Shown piece by piece: positions 9,118 through 16,374 of a stretch of DNA of 64,000 bases. The stretch lies in NCBI GenBank assembly GCA_900767195.1, contig CAAFYG010000078.1:32-64031 (forward strand). The letters are read 5' to 3'. Source of the DNA: Clostridia bacterium (GTDB taxonomy: Bacteria; Bacillota; Clostridia; Christensenellales; Borkfalkiaceae). The position numbers and the translations under genes were made by a program. Below the pieces are notes generated by a model that searched no databases, was not told the origin of the DNA, and was given only the letters and a program-made list of their open reading frames with translations. The number at the start of each line of letters is the position of its first letter. Within the stretch, counting starts at the first letter, position 1.

Positions 9118-10791
9118 ATGGAAGAAAAAAATTTAAACGAGCTTCTCGAAAGAGAAGATTTTGAGGGTGCAGCCGAATGCGCTCTCCGGCTCGGCGCGGA
9201 AGAATTTGCAAAAGTGCTTGCCGCGCTTAACGAAAAGTATCTGCAACCCTTATGCCGCGCGCTCGATTCCGATTTCCTCGCGGAAACCTTAATCCTTTTA
9301 GACGCGCCCCTTCAAAGCAAAATCATTTCCACCCTGCGCGACGACGAGTTGCAGGAAGTGATGGACGGCGTTTCCGTAGACGACACCGTGGAAATGATCG
9401 GCGACATGCCCGAAAAAATCGTGCGGCGCATTGCGGAAAAAGAAGAAATCGTCCGCCTTTTCGAAGAGCGGCGTTTTTCCGTGCTGAAACCGCTTCTCTC
9501 CTCGATGAACGCGCCGGACGTAGCGGCGGTTTTCGAAGAAGTGGAAGATGAAGATCTGCCCGTTTTATTCCGTATTCTGCCCAAAGATCTCGCAGCGGAT
9601 ACTTTCGTGGAAATGGATAAAGACACGCGCGAAAAGCTTCTGCACAAGCTGAGCGATCTCGAAGTGAAAGCCGTGATGGACGAACTGTTCGTAGACGACA
9701 CGGTAGACGTCATCGAAGAAATGCCCGCCAACGTTGTGAAGCGGCTGCTTGCGGCGAGCGATAAAGAAACGCGCGATTACGTAAACGAAATTTTAAAGTA
9801 CCCGAAAGACAGCGCCGGCAGTATCATGACGGTGGAATACGTTTCCCTTCGCCCCACCATGACGGTGAGCGAAGCGTTTTCGCGTATCCGCCGCACGGCG
9901 ATCGATAAAGAAACGATTTACACCTGCTACGTTACCGACGCGGCAAACAAGCTGATCGGCTGCGTATCGGCGAAAACGCTGATGATTTCCGCACCGGAAA
10001 CGAAAATTGCCGAAATCATGGACGAAAACGTGATCTACGCGCACACCGAAGACGACCGCGAAGACGTGGCGCGTAAAATTTCCAATTACGGCTTTCTCGC
10101 CCTGCCCGTGGTAGATAACGAACAGCGGCTTGTGGGCATCGTCACGGTAGACGACGCCATGGACGTCATTCAGGAAGAAAACACCGAAGATATCGCGAAA
10201 ATGGCGGCTATGACTCCCACCGACACGCCCTATTTAAAAACGAGCGTGTGGGGAATCTGGAAAAACCGCATACCGTGGCTGCTCGTTTTAATGGTGAGCG
10301 CAACGTTCACGGGGCTGATTTTAAACACCTACGAAGCGCGCCTTTCGGCGATTTCGCCCGTGCTTTTCGCCTGCGTGCCGATGATGATGGATACGGGCGG
10401 CAATGCCGGCTCGCAAGCTTCCGTCACCGTGATCCGCTCGCTCGCGCTCGACGAACTGGAAACGAGCGACGTTCTCAAAGTTTTGTGGAAAGAATTCCGC
10501 GCTTCGATTTTGCTCGGCTTAACGCTCGGAGCGGCGTGCTTTGGCAAGCTGATGCTCATCGATAATCTTTTATTCGGTTTCGAAGGCTACACCCCTCTTC
10601 GCTGCTGCGTGGTATCTTGCGCGCTGGTGCTTACGGTGATCGTGGCAAAACTTGTGGGTTGCACGCTGCCGCTTCTTGCCAAAAAATGCCGGCTCGACCC
10701 CGCCGTGGTGGCAAGTCCTTTCATCACCACGATTGTAGACGCGATTTCGCTGATTATCTACTGCAACCTTTCCGTGATGATTCTGGCATAG
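9118..10791 (+). CDS. mgtE: Magnesium transporter MgtE with duplicated N-terminal MgtE_N domain, CBS pair and C-terminal TM domain
   Basis: 557 aa; two successive MgtE_N-like helical repeats, CBS domains, 'MMDTGGNAGSQ' channel motif. Confidence 0.85.
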   Translation: MEEKNLNELLEREDFEGAAECALRLGAEEFAKVLAALNEKYLQPLCRALDSDFLAETLILLDAPLQSKIISTLRDDELQEVMDGVSVDDTVEMIGDMPEKIVRRIAEKEEIVRLFEERRFSVLKPLLSSMNAPDVAAVFEEVEDEDLPVLFRILPKDLAADTFVEMDKDTREKLLHKLSDLEVKAVMDELFVDDTVDVIEEMPANVVKRLLAASDKETRDYVNEILKYPKDSAGSIMTVEYVSLRPTMTVSEAFSRIRRTAIDKETIYTCYVTDAANKLIGCVSAKTLMISAPETKIAEIMDENVIYAHTEDDREDVARKISNYGFLALPVVDNEQRLVGIVTVDDAMDVIQEENTEDIAKMAAMTPTDTPYLKTSVWGIWKNRIPWLLVLMVSATFTGLILNTYEARLSAISPVLFACVPMMMDTGGNAGSQASVTVIRSLALDELETSDVLKVLWKEFRASILLGLTLGAACFGKLMLIDNLLFGFEGYTPLRCCVVSCALVLTVIVAKLVGCTLPLLAKKCRLDPAVVASPFITTIVDAISLIIYCNLSVMILA

Positions 10792-10886
10792 TCCCCGTTG
10801 TTTTTGGTACAATTTGGCGAACCCGTCTTTTTCGGCGCGTTTCGCCAATTTTTTCACTCAAAGCTTTAAACAATATTCAAAAAAAC

Positions 10887-10915
10887 TTGACATCGCCAAA
10901 GAAAAGTAGTATATA
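10887..10915 (+). promoter_or_regulatory. Near-consensus promoter (TTGACA-17-TATATAAT) driving a 27-codon ORF
   Basis: cttgacatcgccaaagaaaagtagtatatataat. Confidence 0.5.
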
Positions 10916-10946
10916 TAATATAAAAACTCGGCAAGGGGAAACGCAG

Positions 10947-11030
10947 ATGTCAAGAAAGCAAAAATTCGACGGCGGCACGGCAAACGAACTTGCGCGGGCG
11001 GCGGCGAAAGAGTTTTCGCCTGTTTCGTAA
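10947..11030 (+). CDS. Small basic protein, 27 aa (MSRKQKFDGGTANELARAAAKEFSPVS), hypothetical
   Basis: ATG preceded by AAGGGGAAA RBS and consensus promoter 30 nt upstream; below ORF-track size cutoff. Confidence 0.4.
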   Translation: MSRKQKFDGGTANELARAAAKEFSPVS

Positions 11031-11059
11031 CGGATTGCTGCAAACTGTTTGAAATTTTA

Positions 11060-11350
11060 ATAACTGCCTTTGATATAGCCTTCCCCCTCGGGGGAAGGTG
11101 GACAAAGCAAAGCTTTGGACGGATGAGGGGCGCAGCATTTTTATGCGCAGCACATTTTTTGATTGAAATTTTTCCCCTGAAATTTTCAATCAAGGGGCGC
11201 AGCACATTTTTGATTTTCTGAATATTTCGGAAGAAATTTCTGAAGATCAAGGGGCACAACGCCTTTCGATATATAAAAAATCAAGCGGCGAAGCCGATTT
11301 TTGACTTTCCGAATATTTCGGAAGAAATTTCCGAAAAGCAAAAGGCGCGG
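11060..11350. repeat. Mosaic palindromic intergenic repeat cluster (family member B)
   Basis: Contains 'taactgcctttgatatagccttccccctcgggggaaggtggacaaagc...ggacggatgaggggcgcagc' plus tandem 'gattttctgaatatttcggaagaaatttctgaagatcaagggg' hairpin units; near-identical copy at 60055-60250. Confidence 0.75.
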
Positions 11351-11413
11351 CTTATCAAAGAACGATAATTCATTTTCAAGCAACAAATTTTATAAGCATA
11401 AGGAGCATTTTTT

Positions 11414-12127
11414 ATGACAAAGCCCAAAAAGAACCTGCTGATCGTATCGATCGCGCTGTTTGCGCTGTTTTTTGTATTCACGCTGCTTGTCGCCACCGTA
11501 GATGAAGCGGCAGGCAACGCGCCCGGCACAGAAATCGGCTTTTCGCATCTCAACCTTGCGTTTTTCAATGCCACGCACAAAAACGGCGAAATTTCAAACG
11601 GCTGGTATAAACTCACCGAATTTCTCGGCTATCTCGCCTTGGCGGAAGCGGCGGGTTTCGCGGTGTACGGCGTGGCGCAGCTGATTGTACGCAAGAGTCT
11701 GAAAAAAATCGACAAAGATCTGTTCGTGCTTGCGGCGGCATACGTACTGCTTGCGATTTTCTACGTAGCGTTCGAAAAAATCGTGGTAAACTACCGCCCC
11801 GTTCTCGAAAACGGCGAAATCGCGGCCTCCTATCCCTCCTCGCACACAATGCTCACAATCACAATCGCAAGCACCGGCATTTTCATGCTGCGCCGCAGAA
11901 TGACCTGTCGCCCCGCGCTCATTTCCGCAGAAACGCTTTCCGGCGCGGTGATGCTCGTCATGACGGTGGGCAGATTGCTTTCCGGCGTGCATTATTTCAC
12001 GGATATTCTGGGCGGCGTGCTGCTCGCGGCGGCGATCGTAATGCTTTTCGCCGCGTTCCTGCCCGCGCAAAGCGTGCAAGCCGCCGAACAGTCGTTCTCC
12101 ACAACAAACGGAGCAAACAACGAATGA
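11414..12127 (+). CDS. PAP2 superfamily phosphatase (membrane)
   Basis: PSSHT and SGVHYFTD motifs; AAGGAG RBS. Confidence 0.75.
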   Translation: MTKPKKNLLIVSIALFALFFVFTLLVATVDEAAGNAPGTEIGFSHLNLAFFNATHKNGEISNGWYKLTEFLGYLALAEAAGFAVYGVAQLIVRKSLKKIDKDLFVLAAAYVLLAIFYVAFEKIVVNYRPVLENGEIAASYPSSHTMLTITIASTGIFMLRRRMTCRPALISAETLSGAVMLVMTVGRLLSGVHYFTDILGGVLLAAAIVMLFAAFLPAQSVQAAEQSFSTTNGANNE

Positions 12128-12894
12128 ATTTTATCAAAGTAACGCAGGACAATATCGCCACGGAACACATCTGCTGCGCGATTTCAAACGAAAACGACGT
12201 GCAGGTATCTTCGAAAAAGGCTTGGCTGCGCGAACGTTTTCAAGACGGCTTAACCTTTTTAAAAGCGGATGCGCGGGGCAAATGTTTTATCGAATATCTG
12301 CCCGCCGAGCGCGGTTTCGAGCCGATTTCCGCGCCCGGATATATGCTGATTGATTGTTTTTGGGTGGCAGGCTCGCTCAAAGGCAACGGCTACGGCAAAG
12401 AGCTTTTGTCGCGCTGCATTGCGGATGCAAAATCGCAGGGCAAAATCGGGCTTTGCGCGATTTCTTCTGCAAAGAAACGACCGTATCTTTCCGATGGCGC
12501 GTTTTTGAAAAAAGCGGGGTTTCTTCTTGCCGACGAGGCCGCGCCCTACTTCACGCTTTTGTATCTGCCGTTTGAAAAAAGCGCAACCGAGCCAAAGTTT
12601 CTGCCGCAGGCGAAACGCCCGCAAACGCGCGGCTCGGGTTGGGAAATTTTCTACACGAACGCCTGCCCGTTCAACGCGAAATACGCGCCGCTTTTAAAGC
12701 AATTTGCCAACGAGCAGGGTATTCCGCTCACGCTGCGCCTGATCTCAACGCCCGAAGAAGCGCAGAAAATGCCGTTCGCGCACACCGCTTACGCCGCGTT
12801 TTACGGCGGCGAATACATAACCCACGAAGTGCTTACCGATAAAAAACTGCTCGCGCTGCACGAACGACTCGCGCCGCCCGCCGAAGAAAAATAG
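12124..12894 (+). CDS. GNAT N-acetyltransferase fused to YoaP-like C-terminal domain
   Basis: N-terminal acetyl-CoA binding fold 'LKGNGYGKELL'; C-terminal YoaP-like; ATGA overlap with upstream gene. Confidence 0.6.
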   Translation: MNFIKVTQDNIATEHICCAISNENDVQVSSKKAWLRERFQDGLTFLKADARGKCFIEYLPAERGFEPISAPGYMLIDCFWVAGSLKGNGYGKELLSRCIADAKSQGKIGLCAISSAKKRPYLSDGAFLKKAGFLLADEAAPYFTLLYLPFEKSATEPKFLPQAKRPQTRGSGWEIFYTNACPFNAKYAPLLKQFANEQGIPLTLRLISTPEEAQKMPFAHTAYAAFYGGEYITHEVLTDKKLLALHERLAPPAEEK

Positions 12895-12987
12895 CGCGCA
12901 AATTATGATTTTTTCCGAAATCCGAATAACCGTGAAATAAAAGTTTTTATAGTTTTGCATAAAAGTTTTTAATAGTATTAATAGTAT

Positions 12988-13022
12988 AAGCCGCCGAGCA
13001 AATCCTTTGCTCGGCGGCTTTC
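12988..13022. terminator. Perfect 13-bp stem hairpin GCCGCCGAGCAAA-tcc-TTTGCTCGGCGGC with T-rich 3' side
   Basis: Read directly; identical copy at 14133-14170. Confidence 0.6.
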
Positions 13023-13026
13023 AATT

Positions 13027-13625
13027 TTACTTATGCGGTAAATTATTTTCGCTGCTTAAAAATTGCAAAAGAGCAATTTTTTTGGAATCCGGTAATCGGC
13101 GAAAACATTTAAGAAGAATAAATTCTTGCGCCGAAAGTTTGTAAGTAGAAAACCCCGCAAAAAGCTCTTTTTCTGTTATCTCTAATGCGCGACATATCGC
13201 ATCCAAAGTTTTTGCAGACGGAAAATTTGAATTATTCAGAATACGGCATAGCCGAATAAAAACAAGCTTGAACGTGCCTGAAAGGGCGGCGTTTTCGCCC
13301 TTTTTTTCGCGTTCGCCCTTGATGTATCCCGATACACCTATGGGCGATTGCGCAAAAAATCATCAAAAACGCCGTCATTTCAGGTCGCTTCGCGAATTTA
13401 GCGAAACAAATCGCGACTTAGACAAGGCATTTGCGCGCAGTCGTGCAAACGCACAACAAGCACAAATAACACAGTATAAGGCACGATTTGTCCGCTAAAT
13501 CAATTCAAGCTTGTTTCTATTCGGCTTAGCGTTGTACCGGTTATCCCCGCCTTTTCGGCAAGTTTCCAATGCGGTATTTTTCTTTCTTTGCATATTTCTC
13601 TTATTCTTTCCGAAATATTAACCAT
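13027..13625 (-). pseudogene. XRE-family HTH regulator gene interrupted in-frame by a 231-bp insert with stop codons
   Basis: Fragment 1 (13500-13625) encodes MVNISERIREICKERKIPHWKLAEKAGITGTTLSRIETSLN*. Fragment 2 (13027-13272, same frame) encodes ...SNFPSAKTLDAICRALEITEKELFAGFSTYKLSAQEFILLKCFRRLPDSKKIALLQFLSS*, matching the C-terminal motif of the paralogs at 13739, 35616 and 54520. Confidence 0.55.
13251..13525. repeat. 22-bp inverted repeats (gccgaataaaaacaagcttgaa / ttcaagcttgtttctattcggc, 1 mismatch) bounding a 231-bp segment that carries a rho-independent terminator
   Basis: IR-L 13251-13272, IR-R 13504-13525; internal hairpin aaagGGCGGCgttttcGCCCtttttttc. Confidence 0.6.
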
Positions 13626-13738
13626 TTTTTCTCTGTTTATAGCATGAATTTTGTCAATAAAGTAGTTATATATAATATTATACTTTTTTATCTAAAAATT
13701 GTCAACAAAATTTAAGAAGTATTTGATATAATTCAAAT

Positions 13739-14086
13739 ATGGGATTTTCAGAAAAACTGAGAGAAATAAGAAAAGAAAGCGGAATGTCGCAAAAAGAAGC
13801 CGCGCAGAAATTAGGCTTATCGCCAAGCGGATACGCCGCGTGGGAACTCGGGAACACCGTGCCGGACGTAAACCGGGTAAACCGAATTGTGCAGGTTTTC
13901 AACGTTTCGGCGGATTATCTGTTAGAGATCAAAGGCGCGGCGAACGAGCCGTTGGTAACGGTATCCGCGGAAGCGACGTTGCCGAAAAACGAGCGGGAAT
14001 GGCTGAAAGCGTACCGCTCGCTTACGGATGAAGAGAAAAAGCAGGTGGAAGATTTTGCGGAATACATAAAAAGCAAAAGAAATTGA
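13739..14086 (+). CDS. XRE-family HTH transcriptional regulator
   Basis: N-terminal 'LREIRKESGMSQKEAAQKLGLSPSGYAAWELG' HTH_3; C-terminal 'EREWLKAYRSLTDEEKKQVEDFAEYI'; TATAAT 7 nt before ATG suggests a leaderless mRNA. Confidence 0.8.
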   Translation: MGFSEKLREIRKESGMSQKEAAQKLGLSPSGYAAWELGNTVPDVNRVNRIVQVFNVSADYLLEIKGAANEPLVTVSAEATLPKNEREWLKAYRSLTDEEKKQVEDFAEYIKSKRN

Positions 14087-14132
14087 ATAAACGGAAAGCC
14101 TAACGCTTTCCGTTTTTTGCTTCCAAGTCGAT

Positions 14133-14170
14133 AACGAAGCCGCCGAGCAAATCCTTTGCTCGGCGGCTTT
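14133..14170. terminator. Bidirectional hairpin terminator between XRE gene and ftsH, identical to the hairpin at 12988
   Basis: aagccgccgagcaaatcctttgctcggcggctttc. Confidence 0.6.
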
Positions 14171-14202
14171 CCGTCAAAATAAAATATCCGAAATACAAAC
14201 CT

Positions 14203-16140
14203 TTACTTGTCTTTCACGGTGTGTTCGGCAGACTCTTTCGTCATTCTCTCAAACGGATCGATCTCGTGCCGATCTTCCTGCGCGTCCATAAACTCGATCA
14301 CTTCGTTATACGTTGCGCCCTTCATCAGCATCGCCACTTCGTCGGTGTAAATCGTTTCTTTTTCCACCAGCACGCGCGACATATTATCGAGTACCGCCCT
14401 GTTTTCCGTAAGCAGTTTCACCGCCCGCTCATGCGCCGTAGCCACAAGTTTTCTCACCTCGTCGTCGATCGCCGCCGCCGTTTCCTGCGAGTAGCCGTTG
14501 CGCGCTCCGCCGCCGTATTCGTAGTCCATGCCCATAAACACCGGCTGATCGGAATCATACGCCACAAGTCCGAGTTTGTCGCTCATACCCCATTGCGTCA
14601 CCATGCGCCGCGCAATATCAGATACGTGCTGCAAATCCGCGCTCGCGCCCGTCGTCACGTCCTTGATCACCAGCTCTTCCGCCACGCGCCCGCCGAGCGA
14701 CATACAAATGTTATCCACAAGCTTATTATACGAAACGTCGTTATCGTCCGTTTCGGGCCTCGTCATCGTGTACCCCGCCGCCTTTCCGCGCGGAATAATC
14801 GAAACTTCATGCACCGGATCGCAATGCTTGCAAAGGCAAGCCAGCACCGCATGCCCCGATTCGTGGTACGCCGTACACCGCTTATCCGATTCCGTTACAA
14901 CGCGGCTCTTCTTCTGCGGCCCCATCAGCACCTTATTGATGCCGTCGTACAATTCAAGATTGCCGATCAGTTTTTTGCCCTTTCTTGCCGTTAAAATCGC
15001 GGCTTCGTTTAAAAGGTTGGCAAGATCCGCGCCCGAAAATCCCGCCGTAATCCGCGCCACCGTGCGGAAATTCACGTCCGGCGCAATCGGTTTGTTTCTC
15101 GCATGCACCTTTAAAATCTGCTCGCGCCCTTTCACGTCCGGCAAATTCACGTTGATTTGTCTATCGAATCTGCCCGGCCGCAGCAACGCGGGGTCGAGTA
15201 TATCCGCGCGGTTCGTCGCCGCCATCACGATAATCCCTTCGTTCGTTTCAAAGCCGTCCATCTGCACCAGAATCTGGTTCAAAGTCTGCTCACGCTCGTC
15301 GTGACCGCCGCCGAGCCCCGCGCCGCGCCGTCTGCCCACCGCGTCGATTTCGTCGATAAAGATAATGCACGGCTGATTTTTCTTCGCCACGTCAAAGAGA
15401 TCGCGAACGCGCGCCGCACCCACGCCCACGTACATTTCCACGAAATCCGAGCCGGAAACCGAGAAGAACGGCACGCCCGCCTCGCCCGCAACGGCTTTCG
15501 CAAACAACGTTTTACCCGTTCCCGGAGGGCCTACCAAAAGCACGCCGCGCGGGATTCTCGCGCCGAGATCGGAAAAGCGTTTGGGGGTTTTCAAGAACTC
15601 CACCACTTCCTGCAGCTCTTCTTTTTCTTCTTCCGCGCCGGCCACGTCGGAAAAGCGCACTTTCATGTTGTTTTGCATGTGCGCCTTGGTTTTGCCCACG
15701 TTCATCACTTTGCCGCCGCCCGCCGCGCTGCGCATAATCAGGTAAAACACCACCGAAACAAGCACAATGCCGCCGAGCGTCATCAGGCTCGACCAGATAC
15801 TGCCGGAATTCGGATCGGCGAAAACCACTTCGCATCTTCCCGAGCCGAGTTCGCGCCATTTCTCGATGTCTTTGTTGTTCGGATCGTACTTGCTCTGCCC
15901 CGTGGATTTGATATATCTCACGCTTTGATCTTTATACGTGATCGTTGCCTGCACGTTGTAACCGCTCACGTTAATCACAGCCTTATCGCCGTCTTCAAGT
16001 GCCATAATCTGCTCGTTAAAAACGGTATCCGAAACTTCTTCGTATCTCGGCGACATAATGCTGCGGAACAAAAAGAACAGCACTCCCAAAAGCAGCAAGC
16101 CAAGCACTATCCATGTAATTGTTTTGTTTTTCTTATTCAA
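14203..16140 (-). CDS. ftsH: ATP-dependent zinc metalloprotease FtsH
   Basis: 645 aa; two TMs, Walker [20 protein letters not shown] zinc motif; TTG start with GGAGAAAAAA RBS. Confidence 0.95.
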   Translation of the reverse strand: MNKKNKTITWIVLGLLLLGVLFFLFRSIMSPRYEEVSDTVFNEQIMALEDGDKAVINVSGYNVQATITYKDQSVRYIKSTGQSKYDPNNKDIEKWRELGSGRCEVVFADPNSGSIWSSLMTLGGIVLVSVVFYLIMRSAAGGGKVMNVGKTKAHMQNNMKVRFSDVAGAEEEKEELQEVVEFLKTPKRFSDLGARIPRGVLLVGPPGTGKTLFAKAVAGEAGVPFFSVSGSDFVEMYVGVGAARVRDLFDVAKKNQPCIIFIDEIDAVGRRRGAGLGGGHDEREQTLNQILVQMDGFETNEGIIVMAATNRADILDPALLRPGRFDRQINVNLPDVKGREQILKVHARNKPIAPDVNFRTVARITAGFSGADLANLLNEAAILTARKGKKLIGNLELYDGINKVLMGPQKKSRVVTESDKRCTAYHESGHAVLACLCKHCDPVHEVSIIPRGKAAGYTMTRPETDDNDVSYNKLVDNICMSLGGRVAEELVIKDVTTGASADLQHVSDIARRMVTQWGMSDKLGLVAYDSDQPVFMGMDYEYGGGARNGYSQETAAAIDDEVRKLVATAHERAVKLLTENRAVLDNMSRVLVEKETIYTDEVAMLMKGATYNEVIEFMDAQEDRHEIDPFERMTKESAEHTVKDK

Positions 16141-16374
16141 AGATTTTTTCTCCTTTCCCGCCCGAATTTCCGCCGTTTCAGCGAATATAATCGGACTTCT
16201 CTTAACATTTTAACACACACCGCCGAATTTTTCAAGCGTTTGGCGGCGCAAACCCCGCTTTTTTATCAATATTTGGAAAAACTTCACAAATCATACACAC
16301 GCGCCGCGTATCCGCCGAAATTTCACGCAAACTTTCGCGCAAAATTCCGTGCGATACTTCCAAAACCCCGCGTC

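Noticed and set aside
13268-13498. 76-aa plus-strand ORF inside the IR-bounded 231-bp segment
   Set aside because: No RBS, no family resemblance. It is simply the open frame created by the insert, and the segment's own terminator lies inside it.
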